A DNA stretch of 64,000 nt, taken from Pseudomonadota bacterium (lineage in GTDB: Bacteria > Myxococcota_A > Polyangia > Palsa-1104 > JAEUJZ01). The translations under genes and the position numbers were made by a program. The notes under the pieces were generated by a model that saw nothing but the letters and a program-made list of their open reading frames with translations, was not told the DNA's origin and ran no database searches. This document shows positions 48,008 through 58,300 of the stretch, one piece after another. Numbering within the stretch: position 1 is the first letter of the stretch; the number at the start of each line of letters is the position of its first letter. The stretch lies in assembly GCA_035340095.1 (NCBI GenBank), contig DAORGN010000003.1, positions 732 to 64,731 of the forward strand, in the 5' to 3' direction.

Positions 48008-48568
48008 ATGCGCAGAATGCGGTCCGGCTCCGTTTTTTTTGCTGCCCTGTGTACGCTGCCGTTTTTCGGCTGTGCAGCGTGGCATGACCTGTTTCAGCGC
48101 GACAGGCCGACGGCGCAGATTTATGCCGAAGCGCTCGCGCTGCCACGGCCCAAGACCACCGATGTCGCGATTGTGCTCGGCTGCCCGGCAAATCCCGATG
48201 GAACCCCGTCTTTGTGTCTGCGCTGTCGAATTCACGCAACGCTTTCGGCGTATCGGCGCGGCGAGTTTCGGGCAGCGATCTTTGCCGGTGGCGCAGCCCA
48301 CAATCGCTTCATTGAAGCAGCGGTAATGGCCCGCGAAGCCGAGCGTCTAGGGATGCCACGCCAAGCGATTTTGCAAGAAGGGGAATCGCTGACGACGTGG
48401 CAGAATCTGCGTTTTTCCCGTCGGATCATGGCCGAGCACGGCTTCCAGACCGCGCTGCTTGTTTCGACCCGCGATCACCTGCCACGCGCGCGCAGGTTCG
48501 CCGATTACTATCAGATTCCGACCGCACTGCTCGGCTGTGAAGATGAAGTAAGTCCAAACTTGAAGTAA
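48008..48568 (+). CDS. YdcF/ElyC (DUF218) family protein, probable lipoprotein
   Basis: Start trimmed to MRRMRSGSVFF, with lipobox PFFGC. The core is DVAIVLGCPANPDG...AIFAGGA...QEGESLTTWQNL. Confidence 0.75.
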   Translation: MRRMRSGSVFFAALCTLPFFGCAAWHDLFQRDRPTAQIYAEALALPRPKTTDVAIVLGCPANPDGTPSLCLRCRIHATLSAYRRGEFRAAIFAGGAAHNRFIEAAVMAREAERLGMPRQAILQEGESLTTWQNLRFSRRIMAEHGFQTALLVSTRDHLPRARRFADYYQIPTALLGCEDEVSPNLK

Positions 48569-48611
48569 GTCCAAACATGGACTCAGTCCAAATATGAAGC
48601 ATTTTTAAGGA
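48544..48611. repeat. 17-nt tandem repeat spanning two convergent gene ends
   Basis: TGAAGTAAGTCCAAAC occurs at 48544-48559 and 48561-48576 (16/17 identity over the 17-nt period). Two degenerate units follow (13/17 and 10/17 by hand count). The region contains the ydcF-like stop (48566-48568) and the GT-C-like stop (48605-48607). Confidence 0.8.
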
Positions 48612-50215
48612 CTAATATCAGAAGCCGGTGGCAGCGGTCCGAGCGAGCGATCCATGCGCTTGAGAAACGAATACCATGGCTCGCTGAGCCCAGGAATCTG
48701 CACGCTGACATAGTGGAAACCACGCGCCCGCCACTCGGCAGCTTCTTGCGGCGACGGACGGTACGGCTCACGCGAGATTCGATAGACGTTGTAGGTCAAG
48801 ATCGTCGGCTTGCGCGACAGCACATAATCGAGCGGCGCAAACTTTTGGTGACCCGGACGATTTGAAACCGCCGGCACGTTGTGGGCGACGTACTCATCGG
48901 ACAGACCAAAGCTATCGAGCGCGCGAATTCCGGCGTAATACACCTGGGCTCCAGCACCGCCGACCACTTGGTAATCGTCGGGTTTCACATGCTGCGCCAG
49001 CCATTTTCCAATCGCTGCGCGATCCGCTGTGTAGTAACGCAGATAGCCAGGGGTATCGATGCCGCGATCCGCTCCAATGAAGTGCAGCGCGCGGTCATCG
49101 ACGACATAGGAATTGGCCGCATGCAGGCCGAAAAATCCCAGCAACACCGACGACAAAAGCACCCGATTCTGCCGATGCAGCAGCCGATAGAGTCCGATCG
49201 CTCCGCACAGCACCGTGAAGGGAATCACCGGCATCATGAAGCGATACAGCCCCATAAAATCGCCGCCCACTTTTGCGACATACAGACAGAACGGAATCAC
49301 CCAGATGAAAAACAGACCGCCCAGCGCCACGTAGCCTTTTTGCAGACGGACAGACACCGAATCGGGCCACGGACGCAAAAAACCGAGCAGATAAAAAAGC
49401 GGCAAGATCACAAGCTTCAGATCGCGCGCAACCGCCCACAGATAGTAGCCCCCTTGCTGCCAGGTTCCCTTGCCACCGGATGACTTGATGTAGAACGTAT
49501 TGGGAACAAAGTAGCCGTAGTACCACCGTCGCCAGGTCATGTGCGGCACGGTGAAGAGCAGGAACATCAGAAGCAGCTGACATTCCTCTTTTGTCGGAAT
49601 CAGATCCCGTTTTTTGATCTTCAGGATGATCCGATGCAGCGCCAGAAGTGCAAACAGAAGATAGCCTTCGGGCCGGGTCAGCGCCGCCAGTCCCAGCGTG
49701 ATTCCGATTTGCCACAGAGGCGCTCTGTTTCCGTTTTCTTCGTCGAGAATCGCCTGCAAATACTGACCGAGCGACAGCGTGCAAAACAGCGCAAAGAGCT
49801 GCGTTTCCAAGCCACCGGAAGACCAGCAGGCGTAGCCCGGAATCCCGGCCAAAATCCACGCTGAAACAGAATCCCACAGCGATTCCTTGTCTGCGCGTAG
49901 CTTCCGCAGCACCGTCGCCAAATAAAACATCGTGAGGATTCCGCACAGCGTTCCGAGCACGCGCGAAGACAGCTCTGCCGGAATCTTTAGCGCAAGTCCC
50001 GCCGCAACGATCAGCGTCCACAGAAAGTTGGTGTAACCCTCGACTCGCTCGCCGATGTTAAAGACCAGCGCACCGTGCTCTACCAAGTTTTTTGCATAGA
50101 CAAACGAGATAAACGCATCGTCGGTGACGAAGTTAAATCGAAGGCTGTGGACGACCAGCAAAAGTGCCGCACAGACCAGCGCGGAAAGGACGATTAGGCG
50201 GGAAGGAGCAGACAC
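48605..50215 (-). CDS. Polytopic membrane protein, putative GT-C-fold glycosyltransferase
   Basis: 536 aa with many TMs. The first loop carries DDAFISFVYAKNL...GERVEGYTNFLW, the acidic DD motif position typical of GT-C enzymes. This is a pattern-level call. Confidence 0.6.
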   Translation of the reverse strand: MSAPSRLIVLSALVCAALLLVVHSLRFNFVTDDAFISFVYAKNLVEHGALVFNIGERVEGYTNFLWTLIVAAGLALKIPAELSSRVLGTLCGILTMFYLATVLRKLRADKESLWDSVSAWILAGIPGYACWSSGGLETQLFALFCTLSLGQYLQAILDEENGNRAPLWQIGITLGLAALTRPEGYLLFALLALHRIILKIKKRDLIPTKEECQLLLMFLLFTVPHMTWRRWYYGYFVPNTFYIKSSGGKGTWQQGGYYLWAVARDLKLVILPLFYLLGFLRPWPDSVSVRLQKGYVALGGLFFIWVIPFCLYVAKVGGDFMGLYRFMMPVIPFTVLCGAIGLYRLLHRQNRVLLSSVLLGFFGLHAANSYVVDDRALHFIGADRGIDTPGYLRYYTADRAAIGKWLAQHVKPDDYQVVGGAGAQVYYAGIRALDSFGLSDEYVAHNVPAVSNRPGHQKFAPLDYVLSRKPTILTYNVYRISREPYRPSPQEAAEWRARGFHYVSVQIPGLSEPWYSFLKRMDRSLGPLPPASDISP

Positions 50216-50901
50216 TTTCGGACCACCTCAAACAGCGCGCCACAGGCGATGATCACGAGCAGGTGAAATATCTCATGATAGCCAAACACGCGCGGAAACG
50301 GATTCGGAGTCTTTTTCGCATAGGTCAGCGCCCCAAGCGTGTACAGAATGCCGCCACCGACGTGAAGAGCGACCACTTGCGGCCCCAGATGACGCCACTC
50401 TCCGGGCAGTCCCAGACCCCCGATCCAGCCGAGTACAACGTAAATTCCGACATGCAGAACCCGCGGCGCACTGGGCCAAAAGACGGTCTGCAAAACGCCC
50501 GCTGCGGCCCCTATCCAAAGCACCGAACAGAGCAGTTTTCCAAACGAACCACCGACGCCCAAAATCGTGATCGGCGTGTAGTTTCCGGCGATAAACAAAA
50601 AGATGTTGGAGTGATCGAGTCGCTTCAGGAATGCGCGCGGACCGGGCTGCCAGTGCTTGCGATGATACAGCGCGCTGACGCCAAACAGCGCGATGAGCGC
50701 GATGCCGTACACCAAGGCGCACGTCCGCGCTTCGTCTGTTTGCGCAAGTGAAACGAGCCAGTACGCAAGCGGAAACGCCGCAAAAAACGCAGCCTGATGG
50801 GACACGCCCCGCAGCAGCGGTTTTTCGAGCGGAATCGCGGCGGCGAGGTGCTCGATGGTTGCTTCGATTGCGGACGTCTTTTGCGGCCTTGGTCGCGACA
50901 T
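50194..50901 (-). CDS. Hemolysin III / PAQR family membrane protein
   Basis: 7-TM protein with LRGVSHQ, SALYH, DHSNIFLFIAGNYTP and FGYHEIFHLLV motifs. Confidence 0.85.
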   Translation of the reverse strand: MSRPRPQKTSAIEATIEHLAAAIPLEKPLLRGVSHQAAFFAAFPLAYWLVSLAQTDEARTCALVYGIALIALFGVSALYHRKHWQPGPRAFLKRLDHSNIFLFIAGNYTPITILGVGGSFGKLLCSVLWIGAAAGVLQTVFWPSAPRVLHVGIYVVLGWIGGLGLPGEWRHLGPQVVALHVGGGILYTLGALTYAKKTPNPFPRVFGYHEIFHLLVIIACGALFEVVRKCLLLPA

Positions 50902-50916
50902 GCAAAAACGCGATTC

Positions 50917-51537
50917 CTAAGCGCTCTTGACCAGTGTCACGATGTTGCGGTTTGGCGGTGCGTGCTCGATGACTTGCTGCTGAAGTCCAAGCCGACCTAG
51001 CACAAACTCGACGGCACGAACGCGCTCTTGCATCGACGAAGTATCGATCGGCAGATAGGGAATCCGGAACTGTTCGAGCAGGAGCTTGACCATTCCGTCA
51101 ATCCGCACCACCGATTCCCAATCCACGCCAGCGCGGACTCCGTCTTCACGCAGGAGCGAGCGATGGGGCCGCACGAAAAAGACCACGCCTTGCGCGACCC
51201 ATTTCATGTACTCGCGGACTTCTTCGCCGCTTTCACCCGACATGATGTCGCCGAGCACCAGGGCGTGATCGGCAGCATAGGCAAGGTTGTCGAACGCGCG
51301 ATCAGAGACAAATCCTTTTTCTTGCAGTCGCTCGATCGCAATCTGCCGCTCGAACACGCGACGCTGGTAGTCACTGACCCGATCCATGTCGGTGCGCAGC
51401 GAGTCGAGATCGATTTCAAGTTCGGCGAGCACCGACCGGGCCACTTCGGTGATCATCGGCAGGCCGTAGCGACGACTGACCCAGCGAGTCATCGTGGTCT
51501 TGCCGGTAGCGTGGGAACCAACAAAGTAGATGCGCAT
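50917..51537 (-). CDS. P-loop ATPase/kinase (NadR C-terminal/AAA_28-like)
   Basis: Walker A GSHATGKTT at the N-terminus. Size and layout resemble small nucleoside/nucleotide kinases. Confidence 0.65.
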   Translation of the reverse strand: MRIYFVGSHATGKTTMTRWVSRRYGLPMITEVARSVLAELEIDLDSLRTDMDRVSDYQRRVFERQIAIERLQEKGFVSDRAFDNLAYAADHALVLGDIMSGESGEEVREYMKWVAQGVVFFVRPHRSLLREDGVRAGVDWESVVRIDGMVKLLLEQFRIPYLPIDTSSMQERVRAVEFVLGRLGLQQQVIEHAPPNRNIVTLVKSA

Positions 51538-51622
51538 GGCGGGCCACGGCCTACCAAGCTGAGCTGCAAACTGTCAAGCGATCCCGCGGTTTGTCGTCGC
51601 CCGCGGGGTGCGGTGGCTGCGA

Positions 51623-53713
51623 CTAGGCGCCTTCCGACGCTGCTTTGGCTTCCAGAACCCGACGCCAGCGGCCCGAAATTCCCATCCGAACGATGCCAGC
51701 GCGCAGCGAAAGAAGCAGCACCGCGAGCGCAAAAAATGCCGTGCCCACAAGCTGCACCGCCGGTTTCCACACCATCACCGCTTGCACCGCGCGGCCTTCG
51801 CTTAGCAAGCGCTCGCGATGCAGATAGCTGCGGTGTTCGCCCCAAGGAATCGTCTCACGCGGGGGGAGCCCCTGATAGACCGGCGGCTTGGGCTTTTCGG
51901 GCTGCGCCGCTTCGCCACCCGCATCTGAGGCCAGTTTGCGGCTGTACGACACCTCGCTCGCGACCGGCGCCATCGCAGGCCGATCCGCCGAACGCCCGCC
52001 AAGCAAAAGACCGCCGAGCAACAGCGCCCACAGTCCGCCCAGACACAAGCCGCCGACCACCAGCCAAAACAGCCGCTTTTGACCGAACAGCCACGGCAAA
52101 ACAAACAGCCCGCCGACCAACAGTTCGGCCAGGACAAACAGCACCAAAAACGACGACACCGCCGCGGCAGACGCGCAAAACAGAAGCGCAATGCTGACCC
52201 GCAACCCCGTCGACAGACCCAGTGCGAAAAGCAGACGCTCGGCCCCGAGCAAAAGCAGCAGAAGCACGATCAGTTCGCCGACCGACACTGCCGGAAAGCG
52301 GACTTCGGGCGACAGCTCTTCGTAAAGCGGCAGCCAGTCGCGGTCGTAGCGCAGCTCGATGCTGGCCGTCGCGGCGGGCGATGGCAGCTCGGGCAGCCAC
52401 AGGGTCGAAACCCCAATGCCGACGCTGCGCGAAAACGACTGCCGATGCTGAAGCTGCACGCGCTGCGCGCCTTGCGACAGCGGCAGAAGCAGCGCCCCGG
52501 CTTCGTTTTTGGTCAGCAGCATCGGCTCGCCCTGAAGGCTGGCGTAGGTTGGATCGGCGCGCATCGGGACTTGCAGCTCGGCGGCGCCTTGGTTGTCTAG
52601 TTCCAAGGTCGTTTCGCCCAAGACATGTCCGTCGCTGCCCAAAAAGAATGTCGTCGCTGCCGAGCTTACCGCGTAGCTCTGCGTCCGCATCGCTTCCAGC
52701 CGCACCACCCGCCACGAAATCGTCTGTTTGTCGTCGAGCAAAAAGCCCTGGGCACCGCGGTACTGCGGATTCATTCCGGTTTCACTGACGCTGATGCGCT
52801 GCACCGCCGATTCCACTGCCGGACGCAGCAGCGGATGCCCATCGAGCAGCAGATAATGCACAGACGCCTGCAGCGGAGGCTTAAACGTCGTCGCTGGCAA
52901 GCTTCCGCGCAGCGTCAGCGTGTGTTCCCCCGGCGGCACATGGCAGCCGTATTCCCCCGACTGCTGTTCACACGAAATCGCCGCGTCAAGCCGCTGCACC
53001 CGCTCGCCGTTGTGGGGCGCAATCGCAAACCGCTGATGCGATCGATTGGGGTTGCGCAAAAGCAGCTGATAGACAAAGCCCACACCCTCGGGAGAAAGCG
53101 TCACATGGTAGCGACCAATCGCCGACACCGGCAGCGCTTTTTCCGCCTGATCTTTGGCAATGTGAACGACCGAAAGCCGCTGCTTGCCGCCTTCTTCTTC
53201 GTCGCGAATCAGCTCGCCGTCTTTGACTTGAGAATCAATCCACAACACCTGCGGCGTCGTCACAAGCTGGAGCCGGTCGCCGCTGGTCAGCGCCACCTGA
53301 CAGCGCAGCGAAAACCGCGGCAAAAGCGGCGTCAGTTCGTACTTGTCCGATCCACCGCGCGACAAAATCGCATCGCCTTCGCAGCCCCAAAGCCGAGTCC
53401 CGCCCGTCGTCGACAGCACCTCGACCGTCGGTCCGGTGCCCGCCGTCCGTCCCGTGAGCACAAGCGATAGGTTGCGCGATTCAAAGCTCCCGTCGATGCG
53501 CAGCGTCTCTATCACCGTCACCGCCGGACGCCCCAGCATCTGCTGGTATTCCGCTAGCGGCAGAGTCACCTGCGACGGCACGGTGTTCGCAGCGACAGGG
53601 TCCGGTTTCTTGGCCGGTGGCGGTGGATTTGGCGGTGCGGCAAGAGCAAACCGCGCAGACAGCAGGGCGCACAAAACCAGCAGCACCGAAAGCTTGCGTC
53701 GCGTCGTCAGCAT
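51623..53713 (-). CDS. Exported beta-rich protein with a C-terminal multi-TM anchor (function unknown)
   Basis: Signal peptide (LLVLCALLSARFALA), a Pro-rich linker, a soluble region of about 430 aa, then several Leu/Gly-rich TMs. It is the last gene of the kinase operon. Confidence 0.6.
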   Translation of the reverse strand: MLTTRRKLSVLLVLCALLSARFALAAPPNPPPPAKKPDPVAANTVPSQVTLPLAEYQQMLGRPAVTVIETLRIDGSFESRNLSLVLTGRTAGTGPTVEVLSTTGGTRLWGCEGDAILSRGGSDKYELTPLLPRFSLRCQVALTSGDRLQLVTTPQVLWIDSQVKDGELIRDEEEGGKQRLSVVHIAKDQAEKALPVSAIGRYHVTLSPEGVGFVYQLLLRNPNRSHQRFAIAPHNGERVQRLDAAISCEQQSGEYGCHVPPGEHTLTLRGSLPATTFKPPLQASVHYLLLDGHPLLRPAVESAVQRISVSETGMNPQYRGAQGFLLDDKQTISWRVVRLEAMRTQSYAVSSAATTFFLGSDGHVLGETTLELDNQGAAELQVPMRADPTYASLQGEPMLLTKNEAGALLLPLSQGAQRVQLQHRQSFSRSVGIGVSTLWLPELPSPAATASIELRYDRDWLPLYEELSPEVRFPAVSVGELIVLLLLLLGAERLLFALGLSTGLRVSIALLFCASAAAVSSFLVLFVLAELLVGGLFVLPWLFGQKRLFWLVVGGLCLGGLWALLLGGLLLGGRSADRPAMAPVASEVSYSRKLASDAGGEAAQPEKPKPPVYQGLPPRETIPWGEHRSYLHRERLLSEGRAVQAVMVWKPAVQLVGTAFFALAVLLLSLRAGIVRMGISGRWRRVLEAKAASEGA

Positions 53714-53737
53714 GACATCACCCTACTTCATCTTCCG

Positions 53738-55342
53738 TCAGTACGCTGCCCGCAGCGAAAGACCCAGCAAGCCCGGCGCGAGCAGCGAGGAGACCTGCAC
53801 TTGTCGTTTCGGCCCCGGCAAAACAATCGCCACGATGCCGCCTGCGACCGACGCTGCGCCAATCCCTAGCAAAAGCGATCCGATGCCCTGGGTGGCATAG
53901 ATGGTCTGGCAGGTTCCGCCCGGGCAAGTGGACTTCCCGTCGACCGACAGCGCCGAAACGCCAAAGCCCGCGACCACCAAACCGGCGCCAATCAAGCTGC
54001 CACCGAGCAAAAGACGCCACTTGGGGCGCGGCCCGACTTCGGTGCGATACACCGGGGCTTTCGGTGGCGGCGGCACAAACGGGGCAGGTTCCGCGGCGTC
54101 ATCCGGCTTGGCCAGCGTCGCTTCGACTTGCGCCGTCTGACCCGGCTGCACGCTCAGCGTCTTTTGGAACGGCGGCTGTCCGAGAAGGCGCAGCTCGACT
54201 TCGACATCACCGACGAAACGGCTGCCTTTGTAGGGGGTCACGCCGACTTTTTCACCGCCGATCAGCACGTCGGCACCAGGCGGTTTCGACGTGATTTCGA
54301 CGCTGCCACGGGCCCGCGCGCTCGATTGCTGGATCACAGTGCCGACGCTGGTTGCCGCTGCGGCAAACGCTTGCTCACTGGCGCAGTCGCTACAGCTTGC
54401 CGTGCTGCGTCCCGCATAGTCACCCACCGACGGATCGAACGCATCAATCGCAAAATCCCAGTTGGCTTTGCCGTCGGGCGTCGCCGCCTGGTTTTTTTTC
54501 GCTTTGACCCGCAAGACGTACAGCGCTTCGTTGGCCAGGCCCAGCTCGGCAAGACAGCTCGCCGACGAAAGACAGCTCGCCAGCGCCGGTTTCAGCTTGA
54601 TCGCTTTGTCGCCGGGTACCACCACTTGGCGGTCGCGCAGCACCTGCTTGCCCACCGCGGCGTGCAGCGCTTTTTGTTGTTCTGCCGTCAAGTCTCCGTC
54701 GACGATCAGCACCAAAGCCGGCGGCACCGACACCACCACCGTGCCGGTCTTTTGGTTGAAGCGCATTTCGACCGTCTGACCCGGCAGCGACTTGACCTGC
54801 TCTTCGATGCGCTGATCCGAAAACTCGACGACGATTCGATGGTTTCCTGCTTCGAGCAAGAGCGGCATTTGCAGCGGCAGTGCGCCAATCAGGTGATCGT
54901 CGACCGTCACCCACGCGCCCCGCGCACCAATCACGCTGACTTCACCACTTGGCGCCGCTTCAAGCTGGCCGATCCGCTGCGCATCTTTTTGATCGGGTCC
55001 GTCGTTTTCGCCGCCGGTTTCTTGCAAAAAGCGCCGCATCACATCTTGCGCAGCGACGATCCGACCTTCTGCTTCGGCGAGCTTGCCGATCCGGAACAGC
55101 ACCTCTGGCGCCGGATTTTTTCGGAACGCTTCTTCAAACGCAGTCTTCGCCGCCGAAAGGTTGTTCGCCGCCAGCGCCGTATTGCCGCTGCTCACCAGCG
55201 TCTGCGCTTGCTGCTGATCTTGCACGCTCGCTTTCGGTCGTTTTTCGTGCCGCCCGAGCGCATCCGACGGTGAAAAAAGCCCCAGGCCAACCAAAACGCC
55301 GACGCCGAGCCATGCGCCAATCCCGAAACGAAACTCTCTCAT
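53738..55342 (-). CDS. TPR-like/PEGA-domain envelope protein with a C-terminal membrane anchor
   Basis: Start trimmed to MREFRFGIGAWLG (ATG 55342), in an ATGA overlap with the kinase stop. The PEGA-type segment is GSVEITSKPPGADVLIGGEKVGVTPYK. Two C-terminal TMs. Confidence 0.7.
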   Translation of the reverse strand: MREFRFGIGAWLGVGVLVGLGLFSPSDALGRHEKRPKASVQDQQQAQTLVSSGNTALAANNLSAAKTAFEEAFRKNPAPEVLFRIGKLAEAEGRIVAAQDVMRRFLQETGGENDGPDQKDAQRIGQLEAAPSGEVSVIGARGAWVTVDDHLIGALPLQMPLLLEAGNHRIVVEFSDQRIEEQVKSLPGQTVEMRFNQKTGTVVVSVPPALVLIVDGDLTAEQQKALHAAVGKQVLRDRQVVVPGDKAIKLKPALASCLSSASCLAELGLANEALYVLRVKAKKNQAATPDGKANWDFAIDAFDPSVGDYAGRSTASCSDCASEQAFAAAATSVGTVIQQSSARARGSVEITSKPPGADVLIGGEKVGVTPYKGSRFVGDVEVELRLLGQPPFQKTLSVQPGQTAQVEATLAKPDDAAEPAPFVPPPPKAPVYRTEVGPRPKWRLLLGGSLIGAGLVVAGFGVSALSVDGKSTCPGGTCQTIYATQGIGSLLLGIGAASVAGGIVAIVLPGPKRQVQVSSLLAPGLLGLSLRAAY

Positions 55343-58300
55343 GGACAGCCCTTGACCTCGACGGTCTCTTGCGGACGAACCTGCACCGTCTGACCGCCGC
55401 CGACGTTTACGCGGTGACGACCGGGCGGCATCCAGATGTCTTCGGTCTGACAGCGGCCTTTGACGACCTTGCTGACCCGCAGCCGTCCGACGCGCGGAGC
55501 GACCCGCTTCATCGCTTCCGCAACCGCTTTGTGCCCGTCGGATTTGACCTTGCCGAAAAAGCCCGGCTGCTGGATTTTGTCGTACTCGGTCATCGCCTGC
55601 GCCCAAGCCTCCTGCGCCTCGAGGACTTGCCCCAGGTGGAACGACAGCTCATAGCCCAGGCTCTGACAGACCGCTTTGTCTTCTTTTTTGCGACTGCACA
55701 GCGTGCTGGCTTTTTCGAGCAGCTTGCGCGCTTTTTTGTAGTCCTTGCGCTGGAACGCTTCGACGCCCGCTTTGACCAAATCGCCAAGCTGAGACGGCGC
55801 GATCTTGACCGTCACGGTTGCCCCCGCCGTCACTGTGACATCTTGCTGGCCGCCGGGATAGACGATGTGGTGTTCACCGACGCTGACTTCGACGGGTTTG
55901 CTCGCGATGGTGTGCGGTGGCTGCTTGTCGATTTGCACCTGCGTGCCAGACGGTCCCTCAAAACGCAAAAAGCCTTTTTCCACCGCGGCTGGCTGCGTCG
56001 GCACAGGCTCTGGCCCAGCGCCGCCATCTACATGTTTGTCTTCTTTGCCCGGTTCGCTGGTTTTTTCGCCTGGCGTCGGCTTGGCTTCGGTCGCTTTGGC
56101 TTCGCTCGGTTTGCTCGCCGCCGTCGCCCGACTGACGCCCGATTTTTCCAGCTTGGCCAACGCCAAGAGCGCCCGCTCGCGCAGTGCCGGATCACGATCG
56201 CGCGAAAGCACCCGCAACACCGGAAGCCCCGGCGCCGGTTCGCGATCTGTCCCCGCAAGCTGCATCGCACTGTCGAGCGCCTGTGACCGCACAAGCTCGC
56301 TCGGGTCGCGCGTCGCATCCAGAAGCTTGGGCACCGCCTGTTTCGCTGGCCAGCCCGAAAGAGCCTCCACCGACGAACGTCGCACCTCGGGATCGCTCGA
56401 TTTGAGCGCCGCCTGCACTTCTTTTGGCGACAGCTCCACCGTGCCCGCTTCCCCCAGCTTGGTCAGCGCCGACTGCGCCCAGATGGCTTCGGCCCCGCCC
56501 CGTCGCAGCGCTTCTTGCAAAATGCCAAGCCCGGCTTTGCTACCCGCCCGCGCCAGCGACACCGCCGCTTTCAGCCGCGTCACAAACGGCGCTTTTTCGT
56601 CCGCAACGATCGTCCCCAGCCACGCCTGCTTGCTTTCGGGCACTTCGTCGCTCATTTCGACCGCCATCGCCTGCGCTTCGGCGTCGCCCGAGCCGACCAT
56701 TTTTTCGACCTCTTTGGCCTGCGCTTTGTCACCCAGCGCCACCATCGCCGCCGCGCGCGCCACTTGCTCACTTGCGCTGCCTTGCCCGGCGTCTTGCTTC
56801 AGCTTGGCCATCACACTGCCTTGCGTCGCCGCGTCGCCGCCCATCGTCTGTCCGGCTTTGGCGATTGCGCGCAGCATTTGGGTTCGCACCTGCGCACTTT
56901 GATCGGTCAGGCCTTCGGTCAGCGCCGCGATCGCATCTTTGCCACCGATCCGTGCCAGCGAGTCCGCCGCCGCCCGCCGCACCTCGACGCGGTTGTCGTG
57001 CATCGCCTTGCGCAAAAGGGGCAGCGCTTTTTGCTGGTTCACGTCGGCAAGTGCCGCCACCGCCTGGGCCCGGACATTCCAGTCGTCGTCGCCCAGCGCC
57101 TGCTCGGCCCAGCTTACACTCCGTTCCGCCAGAACCAGTGGATCACCGTCGCACAGCTTCAGCAGCGCACCTGCTTCTGCTTGTCGCAAAATGCCGCTGC
57201 GTTCGCCCAGTCGCAGACCTTGCGACAGCTTGGCTGCGTCCTGTTTGTCGCCGCAGTGTCCGATGCCTTGCGCCGCCAAGAGCCGCTGCGGCATGCCCGC
57301 GCCCGTCTGCCACAGCGTCGTTCGCAGCACCGGTTGACCACTTGGATCTTCGATGAGACACAGCGCATGCGCCGCCGCCACTTGCAGGTTTCCCGGCTGC
57401 ACCGCCACGTCGGACAGCAGGTTGCGCGCGCGGTCATCGCCAAGCGACGCCAATATCTGCGCCACCCGGAGCTGGCGCGGCTGGCTCGGTGGCCCCTCTG
57501 GCAAAATTTGGATCAGCTGCGTCTTGGCTTCGTCGTCCCCGAGCAGCGCTTTGTGCGACAGAATGTCCACCCGCGTTTCGTCGGTCGGTTTGGCCTGACC
57601 AAGCCGCGTCACAAGCAGCGTCTTTGCCTGGTCTTCCCCCAGATCCAAAAGTGCCAGTGCCGCCTGAAGCTGCACCTGCGGATAGCGATCCTGCTCAAGA
57701 GAACGCAACAGCAAGCTCTTGCCCGCTGGCGCCCCCAGCTTGGCCAGGGATTCTCCGACGGAAACCAGGACCGTTGGATCGCCGCCCTCATCGGCCCGAT
57801 GCAAGAGCGCCGCCGTCGCCCCCCGGTTGCCAATCACCCCCAGCGCCCGCGCCGCCTGCGCTTGCACCTGCGGATCGGCGTCACGCAGCCGACCTTCCAG
57901 CAAGCTCCGATGTCGACTGTCGCGGCTGTCTTCGAGCGCCCCAACGGCTTGCCCACGCACCTGCGGATCGCCGTCGCCCAGACCTTCTTGCAGGATCTTG
58001 AGCGCGAGCGAGCGCAGCGCCACCATGTCGATCTCTTCGCCCTTGCTGCGGCTGCGCAGCTTGTCGATGAAAAAGTAGCCACCGACGGCCAAAAGACAGA
58101 CTGCTACAGGCAAAAGCAGAAGCGCCACCAGGTTCCGCCGACGCACCCTTTCGACTTTGGGCATCGCAGACAGCGTCAGCCGCGAATTGAGCCCCGCCGT
58201 CGTCTGCTCACCGCGCTGGAGCCTATCGAGATCGGCCAGCACATCGCCTAGGTTTTCGTAACGCTCCTCGGGCGCCTTGGCCAAAAGCTTGGCCAAAATG

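Noticed and set aside
51028-58251. Long plus-strand ORFs (51028-52197, 52625-53470, 54128-55273, 54949-56286, 55865-56902, 56515-58251) opposite the kinase operon
   Set aside because: All are Arg/Pro/His-rich and lie antisense to genes with clear kinase, PEGA or signal-peptide features. I treat them as shadow ORFs.
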